Positions 30,943 to 44,202 of a stretch of 64,000 nt of DNA are shown in pieces; the stretch's first letter is position 1; each line of letters opens with the position of its first letter. The stretch comes from the human T2T-CHM13v2.0 reference genome, Homo sapiens: assembly GCF_009914755.1 (NCBI RefSeq), contig NC_060945.1; one strand, given 5' to 3'. The notes beneath the pieces are model-generated. The model was given only the letters and a program-made list of their open reading frames with translations, ran no database searches and had not been told where the DNA came from. A program made the translations under genes and the position numbers.

Positions 30943-31128
30943 AAGACACTGATTTTAATGGCTATCAAACCATTAAGACTGTTGATATTAGAAAATTTTG
31001 TGAGGTTATTGAAAATAATTATATAAGTTGGGCAACAACTTATTGACTTTGTTCTGTACCATATAGGCAAGAAGAATTCTACAAGTGAAATTGTGGTTAC
31101 AACTTTTAAACTATCTTAGATTAATTCT

Positions 31129-31661
31129 TGTGGTATGCAGAATCCTAAGATGGCCTCCAAAAATTCTGCCCCCTGTGTATATACCTTTTCTATCCCCTTC
31201 CTTAATTACAGAGGAAAGCTACACATATGATAGCTGTCACTGCCATGATTGTTATATAACAAAAGAGAAGCAGATTTGCACATACAATTATGGTTCCAAA
31301 TCAGTTGGACTGAAGTAATCAAGGGGAGAATATTTAGCAGGCCTAATGAGACAAACCCTTTCAAAGTGGATCTGGATGTCAGAGACTGTCTCTCCTGCTG
31401 GTTTTGGAGTAGCAGGCCACCAAGAGTTAGGTAATCACACAGAAGTTAAATTTGCCAATGACTTTATGGCCTTCTAAACCTTAGATGAGACATCAGCCCC
31501 AGCCGACACCTTAATTTCAGCTTTGTGAGACCCTAAGCAGAAGACTCAATTAGGCCATTCCCAGGTTCCTAATCCACGGAAATAGTTAGACAATCTATGT
31601 ATGTTCTTTTAAACTGCCAAATTCAAGATAATTTGTTATACAGCAAATGAAAACTAATACA
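31129..31661 (+). mobile_element. MLT1E-type MaLR solo LTR
   Basis: tgtggtatgcagaatcctaagatggcc...ttgttatacagcaaatgaaaactaataca; flanks attct/actct. Confidence 0.85.
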
Positions 31662-31881
31662 ACTCTCCTACTGAGTTTGCAAATACAGCAAAGCATAACC
31701 ATTTAACAGTTAAATAATACTAAAGTAAATCATTCTAAAATTAATGATTTATACTTCTTGTATTAATAATTTTAATAATCAATATTAATTGGTTATTAAA
31801 TATTATTACATATATAATAAGTAATATCAGTTCAATTCTTGCCGTATACCTAGTAAGACATGTCAAAACATTCTTTTTCAG

Positions 31882-32382
31882 TGTGACAGATTGATTGCTA
31901 AAGTTTTCCCATTTTTCTACTCTCTTGGTATCCATGCCCCAGGCAATTTAACTTTGTGTCTTTCATCAAGAGGTAGAATCTATTTGCTGTACTGGCGATG
32001 TGACTTGCTTTGGCCCGTAGAATATGTTGGAAACGATGGTGTGCCAGTTTCAAGCCTAGGTCTTAGGGAAGCCTGCATGTCTCTGGTCTCTTGGGACTCT
32101 ACCAAGACCTAAGAAAAACCTTAGGCTAGCTTGCTGTAGTATGAGACATGTGGACAAATCCTAATGGTTCCAACTATCCCAGACAGTCTGTGTTTAGCTA
32201 ACTCTTCGCCTGATCACAGATGCTTGAGCAATCTCAGTTGGGAGCAGCTAAGCCTCACTAGCTCAGCAGACCTATTCAGTGAACCCATAGGTAAGTAAGA
32301 AACAAAAAAATGTTAGTTGTTTTAAGCTATTATGTTTTGGTGCAGTTTGTTGCTCAACAATATATTGGTTATAGTTAATACA
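31882..32382 (+). mobile_element. MLT1G-type MaLR LTR
   Basis: catcaagaggtagaatctattt, tgtgacttgctttggcc, gtgccagtttcaagcctagg, gttgttttaagc. Confidence 0.8.
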
Positions 32383-32739
32383 TACAATAAATAATGTTTA
32401 TAATAAAAGCAAATACCATGATTGAATTTTATTTTGAATCTTTTTCATTTTTACAAAAGATAAAATAATAATTATACAGTATTTCCTGATACATTATAAT
32501 TACTGTATAATATGTATAACTTTATCATATTTACTGTGAAATAATAAATTCAAAATATCAATTTCAATATATGTTTTACACACTCATTTTGTAGATGCTT
32601 TATGTGATTTATAAATGCAAATATAAAACTTCTGTCCTCACTAACTGCTAGCCACAGAGTCAATGACAGGGATATTAAAAGTTATAAAGGCTTATCAACA
32701 ATATGATGCTTGGATGTGCGTCATTATAGTGTACTTCCG

Positions 32740-32950
32740 TATTTTTCAAGTTGTTCAGCCAGAGCGTGGAGATCTTCAGTAAGAAAACTCATTGTTCTTT
32801 GAAGACAACTTATTTTATCCTTGGATTGCTCTGAGCATTAAAAATGTTTTTCGTTATTTGGGCCAAACATTGTTGTCCTCTAATTTGTATGCACTGATCC
32901 TAGTTCTATCTGCTAGGGGGCTTAGGGCTCACGTAGGGCAGATTTAATTC
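32740..32950 (-). mobile_element. CR1/L3 relic
   Basis: tcctctaatttgtatgcactgatcctagttctatc resembles L3. Confidence 0.4.
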
Positions 32951-33099
32951 CTGTTGCACCCAGGTTATGGTACTTTGTTATGGCAGCCATTAGGAAACTC
33001 ATACACCAACTAACCCCATAATACCACTAATTTTGACTAAATATTCTAATGTAGCAAATACTTTGTTACCCAGAGCCATGCCTTCTATAGGCACTCGAC

Positions 33100-33304
33100 T
33101 ACAGGTATCTACAAATGATATTTTGGATAAATGTTTGCCACTGCATGCCGTGAACTACTAGTCCCCCTTTACCAATGGAAACAAGGTCATTATGCCTTTA
33201 ATATGCTCAAAACAGAGAATCATAGCCAGAATATTCAGAACTAATTAAGGAGAGAACTTATCCTTAAGATTCTATTTCTCTAGGACCACTCTGGTACACA
33301 ATTC
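33100..33304 (-). mobile_element. ERVL internal 5' leader/gag-start fragment
   Basis: ccttaagattctatttctctaggaccactctggtacacaattc is the reverse of the ERVL-int start and abuts the LTR. Confidence 0.65.
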
Positions 33305-34064
33305 TGTTTAAATCAAGTAAGAGAAAGGAAGAGAGAGGGAGAAATGTGTGTGTGTATATATTACATATATATACACACGTACATATATATGCATATACAT
33401 ACACACACACATACATACTTATACATAAATATATAATAGATTCTTTCAAATATATACATATATAATGTTATTACCAGAATTTGGTCTTGCACCTTTGGGG
33501 AAGTGGGTTACGCAGCCTCTATAAAGCTGTCATCTTGCAACTGATACTGGAGTTGAAGTCTACAGAGCCGAAAGTGAGGAAGGGAACATGCACGTAAGTT
33601 GGTGAAGTCAAGCGCAAGCTAGAACTCACAAGCACTAATTAGAACCTCATGAGGACAGACTGAAATTCACATTAGTTGTTTCTGCCTCTGACTCTAGTGA
33701 CAAGTATATTCTGAAGAAGCTGGGCCTTTTTGTTGTGGAGATAAAGACAAAGACACACACACACACACACACACACACGTCTGGCCTAAAAGTCAAAGAA
33801 GTGAAGGAAGACCTAGGGGAAGATAGAAGCTGCAGACAGCCATGGCTTCAAGTCAGTGAGATGAGTTAGCAGATCAGCAAAAGTCTCTATGAGCTGCGAC
33901 ATGTCTTCTCCTTTTCTTCCTTACTCCAAATAACCCTACAATCTTCATTTGTCCTGAAATTTCTATTTAATTCCACACTAAGTAGAAACACACAGGAAAG
34001 GAAATTCTGGAATATGCAGTTCAAGTTCAGTCTAGCCAAGTTAACACATTACAAAGTCATCACA
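33305..34064 (-). mobile_element. ERVL-class LTR (LTR41-like) with expanded RY and (CA)n microsatellites
   Basis: Ends ggaaattctggaatatgcagttc...ctagccaagttaacacattacaaagtcatcaca (TG start on the minus strand). Confidence 0.65.
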
Positions 34065-34299
34065 AGCATCAGGCTTTTTATGACCTAGCCTGGGGTGTCA
34101 CAGTATAAACTTAGGGTGTTTGACTGACCTAGTCTATTGTCAATTCCACCTGTCTGTTCTTCACAGTCCCACCGGGAATAAAAAACCTCACATTTCATAA
34201 GGATAATTGTCAAATAATTTGTGGTCATATTTTAAGAGGTACACAGTAGATGTGTGTGTATGTGTGTTTGTGTGTGCATGTGTATGTGAGAGAGGGAAA

Positions 34300-34420
34300 T
34301 CGACTGGCATAGAAAATATGGTAAAATGTTGAAAATTGGGGAATCTGGGTGCAGGAAGTAAGAAATATTATTTTTACTGCTTTTGCAGCTTTTTCATCAT
34401 TTTAAATTCTTGAAAAGAAC
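34300..34420 (+). mobile_element. Old L1ME/MC 3' end
   Basis: aaatatggtaaaatgttgaaaattggggaatctgggtg. Confidence 0.65.
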
Positions 34421-36429
34421 AACATGAGAGAATGGAGGTAGCAACCTAAGGAGAAGTAGATGTTTACTCACATGTATAAAGTTCATTATTTTTCATTATC
34501 ATGTTTTAACAAATTATTTGAAGAGTTAATGAGAAAAAAACGAAGCATGTCTCTACTCTTTGTGTGTCAGATAGCTTCCCCACCTAAATGTCACTGGCTT
34601 GACAGTGCAAAAGAGAGTTGTACGGAACACGCATTTAATTTGAACCAGTAGATTAGCTTAGACGTTTAAATTATCTAGTTACTATAATAATTTACTATTT
34701 TTCTTCTAAACAGAAAAATATCAACTTTATATAGCCATATTTTCTAAACTTGAGGGTACATGAAAGGAATTTCTGCTAACCAGATGTTTTCTTCTTTGCA
34801 TGTAAAGTGGGTCAGTTAAAATTTTGTTATCCAGCATTTCATGTTTTCCAAATAGGCTTGTTTCAGTGATTTGATGAAAATTTGCTAATTTGCCAAGATA
34901 CATCTTTTTCTGAGTGCCAAAAGTTTTAATCTTTTTCTGATTGATTCTTGCTGTCACTCCTTCAGTTTCAGCATGAATGTCAGGGCCCCCTGAACTGCTT
35001 GCAGTCCTGCTCCACTTTCTCAGATAGTTTAGAATTACAGCTTCAGTCTAGGATTGAATGTGGTCATTTCAATCATTTTCCGTTCCCCGAAGAGACTATA
35101 ATTCTCTTATAAAATGCTTATTAGGGAAGACATTGGGAATTCAGAACAATTTTATTTTCTGCTTATCTTCCAAGGGCCATGAGATCAGGATCCAGATGTT
35201 CTGACTCAGCCAAAGGCAGGACTGTTCCCTGGCAAAGGAAAAGTGAGATTATGCATGCAGGAAGCAAAGAGGACTGGGAATGCATATGCCTAAGTGATAG
35301 ATATACCAGCATAGCCACTTCTAATATATTTACTGAGACAGAGAACATAAAGGCTTGTTAGAAGACTGAAGTGTCCTTTGACTGTAACCATTGTAAATGC
35401 AGTTGAAAAATAAAAGATTACATAACAAATTGAAACAAGTATAACAGGGTTATTGAGAAAATAGGTTATCTTGTTTCATACAGTTGGGAAGGTTCAAGTT
35501 AGAGTAGTAGCAGGGAAAGATTTTAAAAGCATCATTACACTTGCTATTAAACAGGAATCATCCTTGCTCTCCCTTCTTTGCTCATTTTTGTACTCCCCAA
35601 GCATCCTCTTCCTGTTTCTACGATTTTTTTTTCTGTCTTCCAACCAAATAAAATGCTATCTGAAAACAGCCGTTTTAAATCTATTTTTACTTCTTTTTCT
35701 TTGTTTCTCCACAGTTGCATTTGCTTACACTGAGAACATATTCCAAGAAGCAAAATAAATTCAGTTTGTGTTTTAATTTTTGAACAACAAATACAAACTA
35801 CTATTAAAGCATTTGTCATCTTTTCTAGTTAAGTTCCTTCATGTCTCCTTCTTTGCCCATTCCAGCTCTCTATATACACGGTTCATCACATCATTCAGGC
35901 TTATACCCAAATGCCATTTCAGAAAGCATAACCTGTGCTACATGTTACCTGAAGCACGCTTCAATTTCAACTAACATGCTTCACTGAAATTTCAAAATAA
36001 TGCTAAATATGATGTCATTTTAATGGCTTATAAGAAAAAGACTTTTGCACATGCATATGCAAAAGTCCATAAAGCAATATCTACGAGAAGTTTCCATCTT
36101 TAAATGAGACAGAGTGAAAAACAAAACAAGCAACTTTTGTCAGTAACCCTCAGCTTACTTGGAGACTTGCCAATTACTATAAGAATGCTGAGTTTTGTAT
36201 TCCTAATTAGTGTGGAGCGTATTGTGCCTTGCTGTCAATTTCCACACAACGAATGGCTTACTGATTCTGACGCTTCCTTCAGCTGAGGGATTACTACTCA
36301 TGAAGCTGACAAAGCTGTGAAAGATGGTGTTAGGCAAGTAAAGCTCAGCGGGCTTTTATGTTGAAAATTTTCTTGGAAGAATGCTAACTTCTATCAAAAA
36401 GTCCATGCCAGGCAGGATAGCTCTAGTGA

Positions 36430-36830
36430 TTATATACATATACATATATATATACACACACACACATTTATGTACACATACGCACACACATATATGTATA
36501 TACATATGTGCATTTTATGTACATATATTTGCTATATAATACAGGTGATATATATAACACATTATATATATTATATAAAATATGTATATATAAATAATAT
36601 ATATTATACATAATATTATACATCTCACCTATATTATATAGCAAATATATGTGATATATATATCTGATATATATGTATGTGATATATACATGCATATGAT
36701 ATATATGTATATCTTGTATACATATGTACATTTAATATATAATACAGTTAATATATACTTTATATATAATACCAGTGAAATAGTCAGTATATTGTATATT
36801 CTATATGTAATACCAGTGATATTATTAACC
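36430..36830. repeat. TA-rich low-complexity tract of about 400 bp
   Basis: Degenerate (TA)n/(TACA)n, read directly. Confidence 0.93.
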
Positions 36831-37049
36831 AGTCCTGGACGCAGTTAAATAGAGTAGGCTTGCAAACAATTTGCATGTCAGACTGAAATTAAACTTAAAC
36901 CTCTGCCCCTTAACAAGCCATACTATTTCAAACTTTAAAAAGACTGTAAGGATCATCTAGTCTACTTGTCATCAGCTAGGGAACTCATCTCTTTTATGAT
37001 GTTTTCAGTAGGTACCCAACCCATTTCTGCTTGTTGCAGTCTTTGCACT

Positions 37050-37255
37050 GTACGCTTAGGAGTCAGATACACTTGGCTTTACATGTTCACTGCAATTCTT
37101 AGCTCTGAGATCTGGGGAAACCTTCTGGGTCTGTTTTCCTCATTTAAATGAGGGTAATATTAGGCATTTCATGTGGTTCTGGGGATTCTGCAAGGTAATA
37201 TATTTAACATTCCCATTATAGAGACCAGAACAATATTTGTTTAATAAATACGTTT
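37050..37255 (+). mobile_element. MIR
   Basis: ggagtcagatacacttggc...tctgttttcctcatttaaatgagggtaata. Confidence 0.75.
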
Positions 37256-37289
37256 CTTTATCCATTCCTTCCAGTTCTGGGAAGGTCAT

Positions 37290-37540
37290 TAACTTCCCAA
37301 TCAGTTTGTTCCACTGTTGAGCTGGAAGAGTTGTTAGAAAGTTCTTTCTTGTACTATAATCTGCCTTTCTGTTATTCTCATCTGTACTTTTCAGTTGTGG
37401 CTTTGAGCTTCCCAGAAGTAGTTTCTGTCTATTCCCATAAGTTAGTAGGTATTGTTTGAAGATGGTAGAATCACCCTATTTTTATCCAGAGTATATATTC
37501 TCAGTTACTTTTACTAATTTTCAATTGATATGGTTTCTGT
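37290..37540 (-). mobile_element. CR1/L3 relic
   Basis: ttccactgttgagc...gttagaaagttctttcttg...aatctgcctttctg. Confidence 0.5.
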
Positions 37541-37559
37541 ACAGTTTAACTGTACAGTC

Positions 37560-37995
37560 TGTTAAAGCAAACTAAATATCACCTGAGAAGGACTCTGTAC
37601 TTCTATATTTGAGTCGTTGTGGATGAACCATAACCTAGTTTAAGAGTCAGAGAAGATTAAAAACCTACCTTAGGAATATGTGCCTGTAACAATAGCTAAG
37701 TCCTGGCTAATCCCAGCCACCATACTTCAATTATTCACACATTGCTGAGTGTTTATTCTGTGTTCAGATAAGGCAAATGCCGAGCTGTAACCAGTCCAGG
37801 CATTCTGTAACTCACTTCCAATTTCTGTACATAATTTTTCTATTTTTGTCTATAAATCTTCTTCCACCACATGACTGTGGCTGTGCTGGAGTCTCTGTGA
37901 ATCTGCTGCGATTTGGGGGCTGCTTAATTTGTGAATCATTCATTGCTCACTTAAACTCCCTTAAATTTAATTTGTCTGAAGTTTTTCTTTTATCA
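37560..37995 (+). mobile_element. MER57A-type ERV1 solo LTR
   Basis: tgttaaagcaaactaaatat..cctgagaaggactc...gaagtttttcttttatca; perfect 4-bp TSD agtc. Confidence 0.9.
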
Positions 37996-38247
37996 AGTCC
38001 TATCGTACTGGACAAAATTAAGTAGCTGAATGACCCAATCTCTTCTTCCTCAAACTATCCATATTCATCACTCGGAATTTCTGAACACTATATTTAAATT
38101 CATTATGATTTAACTATTTTTTAAATTACATTCAATTTCTAATCACATAAAACCTAGCGATTTTCATGGGAGAACCCACTGGAATTGTATTTTACGACTT
38201 CCTTGTCATTGTCACACAAACCCAAGCATGAGTCCTAAATCTAGCTC

Positions 38248-38794
38248 TATATTAGTCAGGGTTCTCTAGAGGGACAGGACTAATAAGATAGATGTATATA
38301 TGAAGGAGAGTTTACTAAGGAGTATTGACTTACACGATCACAAGGTGAACTCTCACAATAGGCCATCTGCAAGCTGATGAGAAGGAAGCCAGCCTGTGTC
38401 CCAAAACCTCAAAAGTAGGGAAGCTGGTAGTGCAGCCTTCAGTCTGTGGTCAAAGGGCCAAGAGCCCTGGGCAAACCACTGGTGTAAGCCCAAGAGTCCA
38501 AAAGCTGAAGAACTTGGTGTCCAGTGTTTGAGGAGAGGAAACATCCAGCACAGGAGAAAGATGAAGGCTGGAAGACTTAGCCAGTCTAGTCCTTCCACCT
38601 TCCTCTATCTGCTTTATCCTAGCCACGCTGGCAGCTGATTAGATGGTGCCCACCCAGACTGAGGGTTTGTCTGCCTCTCCCAGTCCACTGACTCAAATGT
38701 TAATCTCCTTTGGCAACACCGTCACAGACACACCTGGAACAATACTTTGCATCCTTCAATCCAATCAAATTGACACTCAGTAATAACCATCACA
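38248..38794 (-). mobile_element. MLT2A (A2-like) 3' LTR of HERV-L
   Basis: attagtcagggttctctagagggacagga...tcaatccaatcaaattgacactcagtaataaccatcaca. Confidence 0.92.
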
Positions 38795-40275
38795 AGTCCA
38801 CTCGTTGTCGACTTGAACCCATATACACCTCCTGAAATCAAACATAATCTTCAAATAAAGACAATAATACGGTCATAATTATGCCTAACATAATACAGCT
38901 ATCCTTTGTACAACCAAAACGCATCGATCTCCAACCTAGATGCTATGACATAAAGTTAACAACACTTAAATTCTCATATGAAGTCAATAAATCTTATGTC
39001 ACACGACAAAGAAAAAAGAAAGGAAATAAAACGAAGATATGTTAGTACAAGTGTATACATGCACAAACATGTTCTTAACAAAATAAGAAGGAAATACTCA
39101 TTACAATTATAGTCTTCTTTTCTACAATTGGTCATGTGGTCATAGCTGGTATTGATGACTACATTCTTCTACTACTCATTCTATATTCTGTTTGCCTTCA
39201 GCAAGCACCTCAGCAGTCATGGATTTTTACCTGGTGAAGTGACCCCAAACCTTCATTTCTAAAGAGTCTGGGCCATTTGTAGTCCTTCCCAGACTGGGCT
39301 GTTGTAGTTTCCCATTGACCTTAATCACACGGCTTGGTAATACTAAGAGATGCCCTAAGGGCTCGTGTATTCCACCCATACTCTTCCTTATCTCCATTGT
39401 GGAGTAGTAGACTTGCACAGCAGCCTGGACCTGTTGCAGAGCCTTCTCCTGTTCTGGACCCCACTCAAAGCTGGCAGCCTTTTGGGTCACTCGATAAATG
39501 GGCCAGAGTAATACACCCAAATGAGGAATGTGTTGCCTCCAAAATCCAAGTAGGCCCACTGGGCATTGTGCCTGTTTCTTGGTTGTAGGAGGGGCCAAAG
39601 GTAGCAAGTTATCCTTCACCTTAGAAGGCATATCTCAACAGGCCCCACACCACTGGACCCCTAGAAATTTTACTGAGGTAGAAGGTCCCTGAATTTTAGT
39701 CAGATTTATTTCCCATCCCCTGGCATTCAAATGTCTCACCCATAAGTACAGTGTGTTTTGCTACTTATCATTCACTGGATCCAATCAGCATAACGTCATC
39801 AATGCAATGGACCAGTGTGATATCTTGTGGAAGGGAAAAGCAATCAAGATCTCTGCAAACAAGATTATGGCACAAAGCTGGAGGGTTGATATACCCCTGA
39901 AGTAGGACAGTGACAGTTTATTGCTGGCTTTGCCAGCTGAAGGCAAATTACTTCCGGTGGGCCTTCTGGGCAGGAATGGAGAAAAAGGCATTTGCCAAAT
40001 CAATGGCTACATACCAGGTACCAGAAGATGTGTTAATTTGCTCAAGCAATGAAACCACATCTGGTACAGCAGCTGCAACTGGAGTCGCATTTGGTTAAAC
40101 TTATGATAATCCACTGTCATTCTCCAAGATCCATTTGTCTTCTGCACAGGCCAAATAGAAGATTTGAACAGGGAGTGGAATCACCTCTCCCGTGTCTTTC
40201 AAGTCCTTGAGGGTGGCACTAATCTCTGGCTTCCCTCCAGGGATGTGATATTGTTTTTGATTCACTCTTTTTTCT
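38795..40275 (-). mobile_element. HERV-L internal region (RT fragment joined to the 3' end; internally deleted, 5'-truncated)
   Basis: Translations LGFWRQHIPHLG, FEWGPEQEKALQQVQAAV, NQKQYHIPGG, VIKVNGKLQQP; RT YIDD motif reads CIDD at 39795-39806. Confidence 0.92.
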
Positions 40276-40593
40276 TTGTCATGTAACATAAGATTTATTG
40301 ACTTCATATGGCTGCTGTTGGTTTCCCATGTAATTAAAATGCCCTCTGGGTCAATAGAATCAAATATTTAAACCAATTAATGAAATAAATAATTATACAC
40401 ATCTATCACTGTATACAGTAAAATAAATATTATTTGCATTGTTCTTTAGTCAGTGAACAACGACCTCCTCTTTTCTTGAGTTGATATGAAAGTTGCAAGG
40501 TCGACAGTTAACTCATTAAAGAAAAAAAATCATAGAGATTAAGATAAGGGATAATTACATAGTTTTATGTGTATTTACCTGAAATGTTGTTAA

Positions 40594-40914
<321 letters not shown>

Positions 40915-41605
40915 ACTCTTCTACTCTTACATTAAGTCTACCTAGGTCTGCAGAAGGTATCAGTTACGATGCATTTTTAGTTATGATAATAAGTATAATA
41001 TTAAAGGTGGAGTTTACATTTAAACTCAATACATATGCTAAATTATAAACTAATGGTAATTGTTTGAAAATTGAAACATTTAATCTCTAATACATTTATG
41101 TAATTAAGTATGAATAATAACTATGGAGTGGAGAGTGGTATGTATCTCTTAAAATAGAATTTTAATAATGATAGCATTGCTGGAAGTCCAATTTCTTCTT
41201 AAAAATTAGGCTTGTTCTAAGCAAGATTTGTCATTCTTTATAAATAGTATACAGGAGCTCAAGTGTAATACTTCTTAAACTTTGAAATGAAGATTAATAT
41301 ATGTTTGATAAAAAAAAACTTTGACTGCTTTAAACTTTTTCAAATTAAAATATCCTAGATGATTTATACTCCTGGAAACTGAAAGCTAGACAGACAATCA
41401 AAGATATATTTGTCTACCTGATCTAAAAATAGCCAACACCTTTTAAAATATAACAGAAGCTATTGTCAACAAGACCTAATTGCCTCATTCGTTTCCTTAT
41501 TGACTTGATTCCCTGATGTTGTGTTACTCACTAGAAAGTTTAGTGCTATTCTATTCTCTGTTCCAATTTCATCTGAAAGGGAAGCATATTGGACAAATGT
41601 ATGCC

Positions 41606-41905
41606 TTTTTTTTTTAATTTTTTGAGATGGAGTCTCGCTCTGCCACCCAGGCTAGAGTGCAGTGGCGCAATCTCAGCTCACTACAACCCCCGCCTTCCAG
41701 GGTTCAAGCAATTCTCCTGCCTCAGCCTCCTGAGTAGCTGGGATTACAGGCCATGCGCCACCACTCCCAGCTACTTTTTGTATTTTTAGTAGAGACAAGG
41801 TTTCACCATGTTGGTCAGGCTGGTCTTGAACTCTTTACCTCGTGATCCACCCGCCTTGTCCTCCCGAAGTGCTGGGATTACAAACGTGAGCCACTGTGTC
41901 CGGCC
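41606..41905 (-). mobile_element. AluSg-like
   Basis: Full dimer; acctcgtgatcc with otherwise S-type positions. Confidence 0.93.
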
Positions 41906-41949
41906 ACCCATTCTGTTTAACTGGCCTTCTTATGGCTAAAGTGTTCATC

Positions 41950-42420
41950 CTCCTAGATTGGATGCTGTTAATTCCACAGAGTCCATTTGAGATAATGTGA
42001 TCCTGACACTGACATTAAAATTTTGCATGCCATTAGTCACAGTGATTGTTCTGGAGGACATGGTATCCAATACAATGCAATGAGACTCAATTGCGAGTTT
42101 TTAGAGAACAACTGGGAAAAGAGAGTTGTCCTTTCTGCTAAGGGATGCTGTAAATATAAGGTATATTTCTGGGTCATTTTGCAAGGACATTATCACCAGA
42201 ACTTGGAAGCCTGTAGGAAAAGAGAGAAAACAGAAAGGGTATCCAATGTAGAGTCAAGACATAGATAAAATTGAAGCTTGAAAGTTTTGGTTGACTCTCC
42301 CTCGGTACCAGCTATCTGGATAAATTCTACATTTTGCTTTTTGTTTTTGTTTCTTTTCTTAAGGTGGTTTGAGTTGAATTTTCTATTACATGTGACAATA
42401 AAAGGCTCAACATACATGTA
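41950..42420 (+). mobile_element. Old MLT1 (J/K/L-type) LTR
   Basis: tagtcacagtgattg, caatgagactcaatt, gtttgagttgaattttctattacatgtgac. Confidence 0.55.
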
Positions 42421-44202
42421 ACTCAACTTAGAAAACTTGGAATGACTTGTCCCAGTGATACTTCCTGGAAAATATGGCAATACTGTTCCAAGTCCAATTT
42501 ATGCCAAAGCCTGGGACCTCTAAATATGACCACAGTTCACAGTCATGCAGTGACAGTTCTCTCTACTATGTATTTATTTACATTATGGACTGGTCCTTAC
42601 ACAGTCTTTTCTTTTAAGTGTCAACTTATTGTACTGCTACCTATTTCTCTCAAGTTCTCTTAACATTTGTTTTGTATATTTAAGTGCTCCATGAATGGGT
42701 GCACATATATTTACAATTGTTATATGCTCTTGAGATGAGCTGACCCCTTTATCATTATATAATGACTTTCTTTGTCTCTTGTGACAGTTTCCACTAAAAG
42801 TCTATTTTGTTTCAAATAAGCATAGCAATTAGTGCTCCCTTTTAGTTAGCATGTGAATGGAATATTTTTCCTTTCCTTCGCTTTCAGCTTATGTACACCC
42901 TTAAAGATACAGTGAGTCTCTTGTATGGTACATATAGTTAGATACTGTCTTTTCATTCATTTTAGTCACTCGGTATCTTCTGGTTAGAAAATATAATCCA
43001 TTTACATTTAAATCAGTTATTTATTTCACTTACTATTGCCACTTTTTAAATTGTTTTCTGATTGCTTTTTAGTTTCTTTTCTTCTTTCCTCCTCTCTTGC
43101 TCTCCTTGTAATTTGAATTTTTTTTGTTGTTGTTTGCAGTGGTATGCTTTGATTCTTCTCTCTTTATCTTTCGCGTACCTACTACACATAATTTTTTCTT
43201 TGTGGTTACCTTGTTGCTTATGTAAAACTTTTTTTAGTTATAACAGTTTACTTTAAGCCAATAATAACTTTGGCTACATCTAAAAACTCTATATTTACCT
43301 TCTCTCACCACATTTTTTGTTATTAATATCACAATTTACATCTTTTTTATACTATGTATCCATTAACAAATTAGCATAAAGTTATTTTAATACTTTTGTC
43401 TTTTAACTTTTCTACTACAGTTAAAAGTGATTTTTACACCATCCTTGACACACTAGAATATTTTGAATTGGACTATATTCTTATCTTCACAGTGGGCTTT
43501 GTATTTTTACATATTCTCAAGTTGTTGGCTAACATCCTTTTATTTTAATTCGAGTAACTGCTTTTGTCATTTATTGTCAGGTAGTTGTGGTTGTAATGAA
43601 ATCCCTCAGATTTTGTTTTGCTGAGAAGATCTTTTATCTCTCCATTCCTAAAGGTCATATTTGCAGAGTATGGTGGACGGATTGGCAGATTTTCTTTTTC
43701 TTTCAGTACTTTGAATAGATAATCTCACTCTCTCCTGGTTTCCAAAGTTTCTGCTGGAAAATTTGCTTATAGTCCTTATGAGGGGTTCCTTTACATGTGA
43801 AGAGTCACTTTTTCTTTCTCTGAGGAGTCAAAAATACAGTATGCTTTTACGACACTGTATTTTCGACTTTTGATAATTTGATTATAGTATATCTGGTGAA
43901 GATCTCTTTATATTCTACCTAACTGAGGTTCTTCAGGCTTCATGTATCTGGATGTTCATTTTCCTCTCCAGATTTGTGAAATTTTCTGTCATTGTTACTT
44001 TAAATAAATTTTCAGTCATTTTCTTTTTCTCTGTTACTTCTAGAATCTTCGTAATATATATATATTGTTTGCTTGATGTTCAGCTGTAACTTCTGTTGTC
44101 TTTCTTCACTATTTTTCATTCTTTTATCTTTCTGTGCTGCTGAATGGCAAATCTCAAATGACCTGTTGAGCTCCCTGATTTTTTCTTCTGTTTGATCAAG
44201 TA

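Noticed and set aside
37537-37557. Short palindrome next to the MER57 LTR
   Set aside because: Short and composed of two ctgtacag copies; no evidence of a link to integration.
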